Assembly (NCBI GenBank): GCA_043228905.1
Contig: JBHGNT010000008.1
Location: 5,518,001 to 5,582,000 of the forward strand
DNA from: Azolla caroliniana
Lineage: Eukaryota; Plantae; Polypodiophyta
Direction of reading: 5' to 3'
Length of the DNA stretch: 64,000 nucleotides
Shown: positions 12,252 through 25,794 of the stretch, piece by piece
Position numbering within the stretch: position 1 is the first letter of the stretch
How the letters are laid out: each line of letters starts with the position of its first letter
Translations under genes and position numbers: made by a program
Notes under the pieces: generated by a model
Told to the model about the DNA's origin: nothing
Seen by the model: the letters and a program-made list of their open reading frames with translations, nothing else
Database searches by the model: none

Positions 12252-15200
12252 CTACTTCAAAAGATTGCACTCTTGCAATATAAAGTGAGGAAATTGTGCC
12301 TTAAGCGAATGCTCGCGTTCCCATGTGGCATCATCAATAGGTTTATCCATCCATTTGATCTTGAATAGCCGAATCTCTTTAGAACGTAAACGTTTAGTAC
12401 GAGAATGAAGAATTCGTTCAGGAACATGAGGTTTGTAAGAAAAATCCTCTAATGTTACAAGATCTTGGATTGTGATGGTGTTATCACCAGAGCCTAAAAA
12501 TGGTTTTAGACGACTGACGTGAAAAACAGGATGAATACCCACGTTACGAGGTAAGGCAAGGTGATACGCAGATGACCCAACTCGCTTAAGGATTTCAAAT
12601 GGGCCACAATATCGTGGGGCTAACTTAGCGCACTTGCCCGTAGATAATGACGTAGAATCAGTCGGGACACGCAAAAAAACTTTTTGACCAATAGTAAATG
12701 CACGAGGACGTCTATCCTGATCAGCATAAAATCGAGCACGATCTTGAGCTGTCTTGACATTTTCTTTGGCAATATGCAACATTTGGTTCATGGCTTGCAA
12801 AAAATTGCGTGTACTGTCTAATGTATCACGATGAATCGTGACATCAACTGGGGCACGTGGCTGAAAACCATACATCAACATAAAAGGACTATATCCAGTG
12901 GATGTATGTTTAGAGCTATTATAGGCAAATTCTAAGATAGGAAGGTATTGCTCCCACTTAGAAGGGGTTTTTGCTACATAAGCTCGAAGCATGTCCTCAA
13001 TAATTTGATTAACTCGTTCAGTTTGTCCATCAGACTGAGGATGATCTGCGGAACTCATGCTCAACGTAGTTTCTAGTTTCTTAAAGACCTGAGTCCAAAA
13101 GTCACTAGTAAACTTGGAATCTCGATCACTAACAATATCCATCGGTAATCCATAAAAACGAAATAACTCATCAACAAATTGATAAGCCAACTGTTGAGCG
13201 GTTACCGTGGTTTTTGTAAGAATAAATCTAGCTAATTTTGTTAGCCTGTCAACGACAACCCATATGGCATCATGACCCCTCTGTGTACGAGGTAAACTAA
13301 CAATAAAATCCATCGAGATACTTTCCCATTTATTGTTGGGAATATCTAAGGGATGTAAAAGACCAGCAGCTTTAAGTCGTTCCGACTTATTAATCTGACA
13401 TTGTAAGCATTGAGTTACGTATTTATGCACGTCAGAGCGCATCTTAGGCCAGAAAAAAGTACACGAGATGAGAACGAGTGTGCGTTGTATTCCAGGATGA
13501 CCAGCAGATGGTGCATCATGACATTCATGAAAAATTTTCTATTTAACATTTGGTAAATCTGGAACACAGACCTTTCCACTACGGTAGAGCAAACCGTTTG
13601 TAATGTGAAAGGTCGCCTTCGAGGGTAGGGTGCTAGTATCGGCATCTAAACCAGATTCGGCTTTCGTCCAGTATTTTGAGAAATAACTGTCATCAAGGTA
13701 TTTCCCTCGAAGGTGATCTAAAAGATCAGATTTTATTTCCGTGAAGCTAAGCATGTTAACTTCTTTAATGCGACTAAGAGCATCAGCAACGGTGTTCATA
13801 GAACCCTTGCGATATCGTATGGAAAAATCAAAATCTTGCATAAGGTCAGCCCAACGGCCTTTACGACCAACAAGATCGGGCTGGTCACAAAAATACTTTA
13901 ATGATTGATGGTCTGTTGTAACCACAAATTTATTTCCATAGAGATAGTGCCTCCATGTTTTAAGTGCGTGTATCACCGCAAACAACTCTTTCTCTTGAAC
14001 CGAATACCGAAATTGAGCAGCATCAAGCAAACGATCAATCAAATCATCGGCACGAGGTAATGGATATGCATTCTTAATTGTCATTTTATTCAAACGGCGA
14101 TAATTGATACACATTCGCCACGAACCTTCCTTCTTCTTGACTAATAGAACTGGCGCACCCCAAGGTGATTTACTATACCTAATGTGGCCCATACTCAAGT
14201 ATTCCTTAAGTTGTTTAGCGATCTCATCCTCTTCTAATCGACTAAGTCGGTAAGGTGGAATGCTCACAGGAGCAACCCCAGGGATGAGTTCAATTTGATG
14301 GTCCACATTACGTTTAGGTGGTAAAGTAAGCGGTAATTCAGTAGGAAACACATCTTGAAAATCCTCTAAAATAGAGTCGAGTAATCGTTGCTCAAAATGT
14401 GGTAATTGTGTGGCGTCAATATTAAAATAATAAAATTGAACCGCAGGATCAATTACACACGAATAAATTAATGAACTAGAATACTCACTTAAAGATTTAG
14501 AAGACACAAGTGAATGAGAAGGAAGTTTGGAACATTGAATAAAATGTTTACAATTATTAAGTTCAAATGTGATTGAGTGATTAACCCAATCAATGGACAA
14601 AGAAGGGTTTTTATTAAAAAACCAAGGATATCCTAAAATGACATCTGCGGATTGTAATTTCATAACATGAAAGTCAAGCTTCTCCAAATAAGTATCTATT
14701 TGAATTGGCAGTTGACAAACAATGCCACTGATGTATTGAACGTTTCCATTTGCCATGTGAACTTGATAGATATGATCACTTGCGTTTATGTGGAGCTCCA
14801 TTTGCTGCACAACGTGATCATTAAGAAAATTGTGAGAACTACCGGAATCAAACAAGAAATGTGCTTGTGTTCCATTGATATATCCGACTGCTCGGAGTAA
14901 ATCATTAGGTCCAAGTAAATGTGAAGGAAAAGTGCATTCACATAAACTTAAGTGATTGGTATGAACTTCAACAATATCAAAAGACTCACCTGTGTGACTC
15001 GTAGATTTTTCTTGAGGAGGGGTGTTCATTGACTTCCTCTCAAGACGATGACAAGTATCCTTTGTGTGGCCCCGCTTCTTGCAATATGCACAGAAGAGGT
15101 TCGGTTTCTTTGAGTCGCGGTCAAGAGTGTCACTGGATTGCTTACGTTTCCCAATGAACTTGACATTCGGAGTTTTGGCGAACTCAGGTTTATTGTGGTC

Positions 15201-15962
15201 TTTCTTGGAAGTCCTATGGTATCGCAGCACAATGTTGACGGCTTCCTCGAAAGTTGTGGGGTCCTTGTCATGGACAATCCAATGATAATCCCCATTGGGA
15301 ATACCATTCAAAAAACAAGCGACAAACCATTTCTCACCCGTAAGTCCCGATTTTTGGATCTGGGTCCGAGCGTGATGCACATAATCCTCGAGAGAGGTAA
15401 ATGGCTTACTAGACAATGTGAGCAAGTGTTGCGCTTGTTCGGTTTGAGAAGGTGGCTGCAAGAATTGTTTCTTAAAAACAACAACGAAACCTTCCCAAGT
15501 TGTGGGTAAGTTTTTTGCGGTCCTTAGGCCACGCCACCAAGCAGCAGCTCGGCCACCTAACTCACGACCGACATAACCAATTTTTACTGCATCGGGCTTG
15601 GGATGAAGCTCAAAGTGAGACTCCCAACGACCAAGCCAAGTGCTAATGGCCTCCTCGGTTCTTTCTTTCTTATCTCCCTTGAAAGGCGTGACTACGAAGG
15701 AAGGTTCACCTTCTTTCTTGGACTCAATAGTTAATTCTTGGAATTTCTTTTCCAATGCCATATTGGCCTGTCTCATTTCGGCCAATTGATTCAAGGTAGT
15801 AGTGAGCAATTGCTCAATAGTGATCTCAGCTTGTGTGCGAGATGCGGATTGGGGTTGAGAGGTCTCATTTGGAGAGATCGTTCCAACTGCGTTCAAAACT
15901 TGTTCCATGATGCACGCTGTGGGTATGCAATAAAATAAGGAGTTCAGAAAATACACAAGCAA
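12252..15962 (-). pseudogene. Gag-PR-(deleted RT)-partial RNaseH-INT-chromodomain in one frame, with one premature TAG at 13539-13541
   Basis: [14 protein letters not shown]; FDSGSSHNF; RT start [19 protein letters not shown] fused to RYSVQEKEL; integrase ISMDFI; GPF; chromodomain-like PERIL...IKW...ATWE. Confidence 0.92.
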
Positions 15963-16899
15963 AATGAATGCTTGAAATTTTGATTGAAAGAACTTTATCC
16001 AAGAAAGTATCTCATGTCTTTACCCCTCTAGACATATGAGATGTGATTCGAGATCCGATAACTATGGTAACACTATGGTGTTTTAAAAACCATGGGGGAA
16101 AACATAGCTAAGATGTATTTCTCGGATCTCTATCTTGAGTAATCATGGCGGCTCCCCGAGGCTCAACCATGGTTCTTACATCAATGAAATTTCCTAGATA
16201 GCCTTATATTAATGCCAACCCATCATGTATTATATGGTCGAGAAAGTGTATTACGTGAAAAAACAAGTGCACTCACAAGTAATATTCTAGTCTTGCGAGC
16301 AATAAGCAAACGTGATGATAAAATGATAAAATAAGGCACTACTCATAAGAGTTAAGTAGTGACGAAAACAAGGGTAAAAAAAAGAACCCATGTGTTACCT
16401 ACGAAAAAAACAATGTCACAAATAAATGGGAAGTGCAAGGTATGCACATATACATCCCAATATGATTGTTATAACTTGCACAATTGTGACATAAGCCACA
16501 AATTGATACAAGTGATGACGGTGTTGTGCGCAAAGATGTAATACTCAAATCCATGAGTAAAACATCAATAAGGGAACTCATATGGTTTTACTCGTTTTCT
16601 AAGGCTTGATGATAAGAGTTAAACCTAGATGACCCGTTGAAAAAAAATCGTTCAACAAGCCACTCCATACGAAAAAAATAGTCTACACGTAAAGGTTACA
16701 TTAAAAATAAACGATGTAAATACTTTATACATGAAAAGGAAGTGGAAAAAGGATAGTTAATTGTGGGCGGGTAAATAATAATTACTAGAAAATCATATAA
16801 GTGAAACAATACTTATGAAATTAAAATTTAATTAGAATAATCAACAATTAGGTGTATGGAGTCAAACATGCCCTAAAATACGAAACCCTAGGGTAGTTG

Positions 16900-17330
16900 A
16901 CATGCACCTCCTCAAGACCACCACATATCCCTAGAATCGGCCAAGTAATGGCTAATTAAAGAGGAAAGTGGCATAGGTAAGTGACATATACCTCATCAAG
17001 GCCACATCATCCCTTAGAATCGGCCAATTGATGGCTTAATAGAGAGTAGAGTGGCATAGGTAGGCAACATACACCTCGTCAAGGCCACATCATCCCTTAG
17101 AATCGGCCAAGTGATGGCTCAATAGAGGGGAATAGTGGTATACTCAACATCATATGCAAAACGGCCATGAGAAAAGCGTGTGCGATTAGAGCAAACACGC
17201 TCGACCCAATGCACAAGAATAATTATTATCGTAAGAGTTCAAGAGAGGAGAGAGTGGGATATATATCGCAATATGCAAAAGGCCATGAGTTGAGCGTGTG
17301 CGATTAGTGCAAACACGCTCGGCCCGATGC
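16900..17330 (-). repeat. Imperfect tandem repeats (~65-bp and ~120-bp units) in the chromovirus 5' UTR
   Basis: Recurring 'cctc.tcaaggccacatcatcccttagaatcggccaa' and 'gcgtgtgcgattag.gcaaacacgctcg'. Confidence 0.75.
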
Positions 17331-18238
17331 ATAATAATAAGTAAACTCGTAGCGTAGTAGGAGGTAGAAAGAAAGAGAATAAAACGTAATACCAATTTGA
17401 TTCGACCATAAAGAACGCATAATAGAAAAAGAGAAGAGATCAAAAAAGAAGAATACCGGGTTTAGAGTGTTGTTTTGATCCTGAGAAGAGCATGACGAGC
17501 CTTGTTAGATCCCCCTCGCGCACACGCAAAAAGCATCAAAACAACAAAAAAATTGTTAGTAAAAGCTCTGATACCACTGTTAAGAGTCTATTACTAATCA
17601 ATAGACCAAATCAAGTAAAAAGGAAGAAAATAGATTGGATAGAAGAACCCGTTCCACCCGACCACCCCCGAGCTATGATCTAGACATAGCCAACCTACCA
17701 CCGACGTCCCATACCGCCGGATATTAGGATGACTAATACCTTGGAAGAGATAAACACGATCGTCGAGACGAAAGCCTAGCCCGCACCACCGGTGTCTACG
17801 ACAGCAGCCTTCCGACGTGATTCCTATGAGGGTAGCTAAGCCTCATATTTATACCTTTTCCTAGGCCCCTTGAATAGATGTGCCTTTCTAAAAGGCTCTC
17901 TATTCATTGGTTGTCTAAATCATGATAGTGCATGCACATATCATTCATTCTATCCAATCATTAGTCCCCTTTTTAATAATAGTGAACATACCCTTCACTA
18001 ATGTAAATATTAGTGACCTACCCTCACCAACATTATGTGTACATAACAACCGTGCAATGCACTATCCCACATGCATACCATGTGTTACCTGTAGGAGTAT
18101 ATGGGGAGGCTTAAGAGTGGAACACATTAAAGTGGTTGTTGTGTAGGTGTAATGTATACGAGTGTGTGAGGTGGAATATGTGTGTGAACACATGCACAAT
18201 TATGTGCATGTGTACAAGAATGTAATGGTCATATTATG

Positions 18239-20370
18239 TGTTAGGAAAATGTCCCTCCCGTGGGAAGAGCTGATTGGTCAGATTGAGAGCTGACAGTCGA
18301 TGACAAAGAGGAGCTGACTAGTCGGGCTGAGAGCCGTCAGTCGAAGACACGAAGAGTCGACAGAGAGAGAGTCAACTAGGAGAGTTGAAAATACAAGTGA
18401 TCCAAGTCGAAGACAAGGACCGACTAGTCGGGCCAACCAGATGGTTGACGAAGGCCAAATAGCCGGGTTGACTGGACAGTAGACACTGAAGTCGGCTCAT
18501 TAACGACTGTTACTGCCATTAATTAGATAATAATAGAAACAAACATATTTGTAAATAGTCCATAGTGCGTATAAGTATAAATCCACCTAGGGCACACTAG
18601 AGAGTGATATATATATACATAACAGAATAAAGTGTAAGATAGAGAGAGCAATAGGTAACGGTGCCATAACTGAGTGAGCTTAGACACCAAGAGCCTTGTG
18701 TGGCTAATACGCTATGTACAGAGAGTGTTTGTAATCTTCTCTCCCCTTGTACATCTCTGACATAGTGGAGCTCTGTTCCTGTGGTTTTTCCCCGTTTAGG
18801 GTTTCCACGTAAAACTATGTATTTCGGCATATCTTTCTCACAAATATTCGATTTGTTTCCCTTCAAACTGGTATCAGAGCACTGAGGTGAAAGATGGAAG
18901 GAGGTGTGAGCGGCTTCCCAGGCATCTTGGTACTCACAGTCAAAGATCTATATGAGCCCATTGATAGAGCAAAAATACCCAGGAGGTATTAGAGTCTGAA
19001 TGGAATCTTTTGAACAGAAAAGCGGTGGCCACCATTAGACAATGTGTCGATGTAAGTTCTTCTCATAGTCAAAGATCTATATGAGCCCATTGATAGAGCA
19101 AAAATACCCAGGAGGTATTAGAGTCTGAATGGAAACTTTTGAACAGAAAATCGGTGGCCACCATCAGACAATGCGTCGATGTAAGTGTCCTTGAGAATGC
19201 GGTGAATGACACAAATGCCTAGGAGATGTGGCAGAAACTGTCATGTTTGTATGAGAGGAAGAATGCCCTCAACAAAACATCTTTGATGAGAAATATTGTG
19301 AGGGTGAAGTACAGGGACGGAGAAAGCATAGTGGAGCATGTAAGCACATTCATGGGGTATGTGAACCAACTTGCTGCAACCAAGTTTCCCCTTGAAGATG
19401 CAATGCAGGCCATCTTGCTACTGTGTACCCTACCGGAAAATTGGGAGAATCTGGTGGTGACTCTTAGCACCTCGTGTCAAGAAGAGAACTTGTCTTTTCA
19501 AGCTGTAAAGACAAGCATCTTGAATGAGGAGACAAGAAGGAAGGACAAGGGTGTCTTGTCCTAGTCAGAGTCAAATCTAACTCAACATATCGGTAGAGGA
19601 AGGAATCGGCAAAGGGGTCCACAAAGGAGGAAAATATCCCATGCCAAATCCAAGTCTAGAGGAAAATGACATTCTTCTATTGCGGAAAACCTAGACATTT
19701 CCAGAAGGACTGCCAACACCTCAAGAAGGACAAAGGTGTCGGTAAGGATGTCGAATCCAGAAAGATTTTTGAGGAAAAGGGCACTTCTATCGTAGCTACA
19801 AGTGTAGAGGAGATCTTGTTCATTTGTGAGCAGGCAAGCAAAAATCTTGCAAGTGAAGAGTGTACCTAGGTAATTGACTCATGTACATCATTCCACATAA
19901 CTCCCTTGAGAGAATGCTTCTCGACTTACATAGTTGGGGATCATGGTTATGTAAAGATGGGAGACAATGGAGAGTGCAAGATAGCCGGCATTGGAAGTGT
20001 AAGCCTGCCGGTGTCAACAGGTTGTTGAATGACTCTGAGGGAAGTTTGACATGTCCCCGATATTAGATTGAATCTGATATCTAGTGGAAGGTTGGATGAT
20101 GAAGGTTATAGTGGTAGCTTCTGGAATGGCAAGTGGAAGTTTTACCGAAGAAATCTCATAGTGGCCCGAGTGGCCCGAGCACAGAAAGAGGGCACACTGT
20201 ACATGATGCATGCCCGATTGTGCAAGTTGGAAGCAAATGTGGCAGCCAACTCGAGTGGAGAGTTATGGAATAAGAGACTAAGACACATGAGTGAGAAGGG
20301 AATGCATCTACTGGCTGACCATGAAGTTTTCCCAGAAGGGAAAGGAGTACACTTGGAGAGGTGTGTCGAT
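18239..20370 (+). mobile_element. 5' half of a decayed Copia (Copia-3): LTR 18239-18865, Met PBS 18869-18880, gag-PR to the start of integrase
   Basis: TGTTAGG...CA LTR, then TGGTATCAGAGC; gag similar to Copia-1; ~129-bp tandem duplication at 18938-19186; truncated by Copia-4. Confidence 0.9.
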
Positions 20371-20651
20371 TGTGACAGAAATAGTGCTTGTCCACAACCG
20401 AGTCTCCACTACACACAATGGAAGAATCAAACCATTAATAAGATTAACGCACTTACACAAAAAATGGGTCGACACAGGATATTAACGTGGAAACCCTAAT
20501 CGGGGAAAACCACATGAGTTCTCTGACCCCGAACAGAATCACTATAGAGGAGGGGTACACCAATGTGAGACTCAGAGGCAACGACCTCAAGCTATGTATC
20601 ATCACCAACATGCGGTTACAACACAAATAGGTTTCTCTCTCTCTCTCTCTC

Positions 20652-20690
<39 letters not shown>

Positions 20691-22103
20691 CAATAATGAT
20701 AACAACATATGTATGAACACAATTGTCCTAGTTATATTTATACTTATATAACTTTGGGACTATTTACAAATATGACCTCAACAATCACGTTTGAACATAT
20801 TTACTAATATGTTCCTATTTGCTAGTTCATACCGGATCCGGCCGGACTTCTTCCGGATCCATTCGATCCGGTTTCTTCCTTCGTCTCGTCCGATCCGGCT
20901 TGTCCGGTTCTCATTAGGATCCCATCCGGAGGGACCTGTTTCCCAAAAAACTCCCCCTTCACTCCGGCATGGGATGTCTTGTCAGTCCGATCCATTTCCA
21001 GTACGCGTCCAGCTTGTCGGCTGACAACACCTTGGTCAGCATGTCCAACCCATTCTCTTTTGTATGGATCTTTGTTGGTGAAAACTCTTTATCTTCTACC
21101 TTCTCCAGGTGCCAATGATATCTCCTCTGGATGTGTTTAGTCTGGGAGTGGTAGGCTCCGTTCTTTGTAAGGTGGATGTCCTTTGACTGTCACAGTAGAG
21201 ATGGTATTCCTCCTGCCGGATACCTAACTCTCTGATGAAGTCCTTCATCCAGATTACTTCCTTGCCGGCGTCCATGGCTGCCATGTCTTCTGCTTCTGTT
21301 GTCGACAGTGCAATGGACTTCTACAACCTCGACTGCCATGATACGACTCCCCCTGCATATGTCATGACATATTCGGAGGTGGACCGGTTGGTGTCTGCAT
21401 CAGCCAACATGTTCGAATCGGTGAAGCCTTCTAATAGGGGTTTACCAGAGCCGAATCAAACGCACACACTCAAGGTGCCTTTCAGATACTAGAGTATCCA
21501 CTTGACAACGACCTAATGTTCTCTTCCCAGATTGCTCATGAACCAGCTAACCACTCTGACTACATATCCAATATCCGGTCGTGTACACCATTGCGTACAT
21601 GAGGCTTTCGACTGCAGAGGCATACAATATCTTCATCATTTCCGACTTCTCTGTCTTTGTCTTTGGGCTCTACTTTCTAGACAGTTTGCAATTTGCTGGA
21701 ACTGTCGACTCGACCGGCTTAGCATCCGACATGCTGAACCTTTGAAGCACCATTGTCATGTACTTCTCATGTGACAGCCACACCTATTTCTTTGACCCAT
21801 CCCGGATTATGTGCATTCCCAAAATCTATCTCGCCGGACCCATATCTCTCATTGCGAATGAGCGGCTCAAGGCCTTCTTCAGCATTCCAATTTTGATACG
21901 GTCTCGTCCGACGATCAACATGTCGTCCACGTAAGTAGCATCAGGAAGTCTCCTCCCTAAAACTTTAATGGTCATGAAGGAGTCAAACTTCCGGTAGTAC
22001 CATTGCCAGGGAGCTTGCTTCAGTCCATATAAGCTCTTCTTCAACTGGCACACCAGGTGGTCCTTCCCTTTTTTGACAAATCCTTCCGGCTGTTGCATGT
22101 AGA
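20371..22103 (-). mobile_element. 3' half of a decayed Copia (Copia-4): RT/RNaseH, PPT and 3' LTR (20371-20948)
   Basis: [12 protein letters not shown] and YVDDMLIVG on the minus strand; GAAGGGGGAG PPT; LTR related to Copia-1, with a (CT)n(CA)n microsatellite at ~20634-20690. Confidence 0.9.
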
Positions 22104-25100
22104 CTCGATGTGGAAAGTGAAGATGAGGGATATGCTAGTGGTTAAAGATCTTTGGTTGCCGGTTTAGTTCGGGGACAAGAGATTGGATAAGATCGACACC
22201 GCAGTGTGGGAGGTGATGCACATGGAGATGATGCCATACATCCGGTGCTTCATCGACATGAGCCTGTACAACAACTTCAATGAAGAGAGCAAGGCTGATG
22301 AACTCTAGGAAAAGATTAGCACCATGTTCTAGAATAAGAATGTCGTTAATCGGGTTTTAGTATTCCGGAAGCTAGTGAGGCTCCAGTACTACGACAGCCC
22401 CAGTATGGAGGAGCACATGAATGCCTTCCATGGGCTGATACATCAAGAAACCTCGTTGGAAGTACCTCTCGTCGATGAGGTACTCGCATTGCTCATGCTC
22501 GGTTCCCTCCCGGATAGCTGGGAGACGTTAGTTGTCACGTTGGGCAACACCGGGTCAGAAGGAAAACTGTTGTCCCTAGTAAGGGTAAAATGAATCTTGC
22601 TAGATGAAGAAGCTCGTCGGAAGGACCGGGAGTTCGGAACCAATCCGAAGGCCTTGGTCACGGAAGATGACCACAACCGGGGAAGAGGCCGGTATCATAG
22701 TTCCCAAAACCAGGACAAATCGGGGACAAGGTTGAAGTCAAGGGGGGAGGCCCACATGCTTCTATTGCAGGAAGCCGAGACACTTCCAGAAGAACTGTCG
22801 GTATTTCCGGAAGGAGAAAGAAACCAACACTACTGATTCGAAGAAGAGTTCGGACCAAAACGGTTCGGACTGGAGAGGCCCGGATCGGAAGGGAACATCG
22901 GCAATTGCGACAAGTGAAGAAGAACTGATGCTCATTACCGAAGAGAATGAGTTAAACCTTGTCGGCGATGAGACAATGTGGGTTGTCGATTCCGGAGCAT
23001 CGTTCCACCTGACACCGGATCAGAAATGCTTCTCATCGTACATAGTCGATGATCATGGTTATGTCCGGATGGGAAATGAAGGTACATGCCGAATTATCGG
23101 CATAGGAGATGTGTTGTTGACGACATCAAGCAAATGCAAATTGTTGTTGAAGGATGTCTGACACATTTCGGAGGTTCGACTGAACCTGATATCAGCCGGT
23201 CGGCTAGATGATGAAGGCTACATGGGTAGCATCCGGATTGGAGTCATGAAGTTCTGCAAAGGGAGCCTAATAGTGGCTCAAGCCTGGAAAGTCAACACAC
23301 TGTACTTGATGAATTCCCGGATATGCCAGGAAGAAGTGAACGTAGCATCCGACACTACCAGTGAGCTGTGGCACAAAAGACTATGTCACATGAGTGAGAA
23401 GGGGATGAAGAGACTTCCCGAAGACAATCTCATTCCGGTGAAAAACGTGCAACTTGAGAAGTGCACTGATTGTCTTGTCGGCAAGCAAAACCGAACCCCC
23501 TTCTGGTCAGGACCATTGATGAGATTGAATGCACCACTGGAGTTGGTGCATACTGATGTGTGTCAAGTGGACACAAAGTCACATGCCGGATCGCAGTACT
23601 TCGTGACGTTCATAGATGACCACAGCCGGAAGCTGTGGGTCTCACCATTGAAGACGAAGGATCAGGTGCTATCTGTCTTCAAGGAGCTCCACGCGAGAGT
23701 GGAAAGAGAAACCAGTCGGAAACTGAACGCGGTTCGAGCAGATAACATAGGAGAATATCGAGGGTAGTTCAAGGAGTACTACCAGTCGAAGAGAATCCGG
23801 CTCGAGTTTACTGTGCCAAAAACGCTGGAATTGAACGAGTTGGCCGAAAGGATGAACCAGACCATAATGGAGAGAGTTCGGAGCATGCTCGCACATGCCA
23901 AGTTACCCAAGATGTTTTGGGCTGAGGCGCTGACGACAACAACCTATATGATAAATAGATCACCCTCAATACCCTTGTGAGGAGACTCACCTCAGAAAGT
24001 ATGGACCGGTAAAGATGTATCTTACCGGCATCTGAAGGTGTTTGGGTGTCTCGCATAAGTGCATGTGGCGAAGGACAAGAGAGCAAAGCTGGATCGGAAG
24101 TCCCAACCATGCATATTCCTTGGATACGGCAATGATGATTTTGGTTACCGGGTGTGGGATCTGGTCGACAAGAAGGTGTTCCGGAGTCGGGACATAGTCT
24201 TCATGGAAGACAAGACCATTGCCGACTGGGAGTCGGAGAAGAAGATGATGAACTCCGGATCATCCAATGAAGACTGGCTTGAGGACACAAGGATATACCT
24301 AGTTGAAAACCGGATGTTAGCCGATAACCGGCTGACACTCAACGAACTGGCTGGATACGGACAAGAAACCGAACCGATCGAAGAAGAAGAAGAAGAAGAC
24401 ACCAGAACCAGACAAGATCCCGAATTAGACTCGGATGAGGAACAAACGGAGGAACCGGTGGTTAGAAACCACGGACGGAGATATCCTCTCAGAGAGAGAA
24501 GAGCTCCCCGGAGATTTCTGAATGTAGAGCACGTGGTGCTAACCGATGAGGGGGAGCCGGAAAGCTTCGAAGAAGCAAAGAGAGACACCCACAGCCGCAA
24601 CTGGTTGAGTGCCATGTAGGATGAGATGGATTCCTTGCATGAGAACCACACATATGAACTGATGGAGTTGCCGAAAGGGAAGAGAGCATTCCGGAACAAG
24701 TGGGTGTACAATCTAAAACCGGGAGACGCCGGAAATACACCAAGGTATAAGGCCCAAATCGTGGTGAAGGGCTTCCAACAGAAGAAAGGAGTGAACTTTG
24801 ATGAGATCTTTGCCCCGGTAGTAAAGATGACATCCATCCGGACGGTATAGGGCTTAGCGGCAAGCATGGACCTCGAGGTAGAGCAACTGGATGCCAAGAC
24901 ATTGCGACCTCAAAGAAGAATTCTACATGCATCAACCAGAAGGATTTGAGAACAAAGAGAAAGAGCACCTGGTGTGCCAGCTGAAGAAGAGCCTATACGG
25001 ACTGAAGCAAGGCCCCCGACAATGGTACTGGAAGTTCGACTCCTTCATGACCGACAATGGTACTGGATGATATGCTGATCTTCGGACGAGACCAAGTCAA

Positions 25101-25107
25101 GATACGG

Positions 25108-25794
25108 TGTCGCGTTATTACGCGCGTGCGTGTAGAAGGGCGGGACCACGGGGGTCTTGGACTAGGGAGTGGAGGAGAAAGATTAGCTCAAGAGGAGAAG
25201 AGAACGAATATGATATTATGATAGAAGAAGAAGATGCAATCAAGATACTCAACAAGAAGTTCTATTAAGAAGTGAATGATTACAACAAATGGTGGCCGCC
25301 ATGGCTGCACCAAACGACTATATGAAAAACCCTAAAGGAAAACCCAAGAAGAAAACCGTAACTGAAACCCTAACCCTAAAACGAAGTGGGAAGAAGTAGA
25401 ACCCTCGACTAAGTGGTATACCTTACTCACACAAAATAGGCAACCCCCACAATGGTGCCTTCTCTCTCCTTTCATAGCACAAGGAGGGAAGACCGCTTAC
25501 AAAGGTGAGACTAAAATATCCCCTTTCATTCAAAGGGGATATTTGCCTTGATTTGGGGGAGGGTGAGATTGATGGCCCCTTAACTCCCACCTCCTCACAA
25601 ACAACTAGGTACCTATGTACCGCATAGTACCTCTCTCTCTCTCTCTCTCTCTCTCGCGTGGATGTGCGTACAACCACATCACCTTTATACCTTTATTACT
25701 ATTACAAATACATTATGTACATGTGCAACGTTGCACATCGCTCTTTGGCTCTCGTTGCTCGGGTTACCGCTTGTGGACGAAAATCTTCCCGACA
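25108..25794 (-). mobile_element. Solo LTR (687 bp) inserted in the Copia-5 RT
   Basis: TGTCG...CGACA termini; 4-bp TSD ACGG (25104-25107, 25795-25798); orientation inferred only from composition. Confidence 0.85.

Larger units (their letters stand above)
11774..18048 (-). mobile_element. Ty3/Gypsy chromovirus (Reina/Tekay-like), internally deleted and non-autonomous
   Basis: 471-bp LTRs at 11774-12244 and 17578-18048 (about 3 mismatches); TSD ACCGT (11769-11773, 18049-18053); Met PBS at 17565-17576; PPT at ~12245-12258. Confidence 0.96.

Noticed and set aside
20366-22109. TCGAT on both sides of Copia-4 as a TSD
   Set aside because: Copia-4 has no second LTR, and the right-hand TCGAT is ordinary gag coding sequence (SMWK); probably coincidence.
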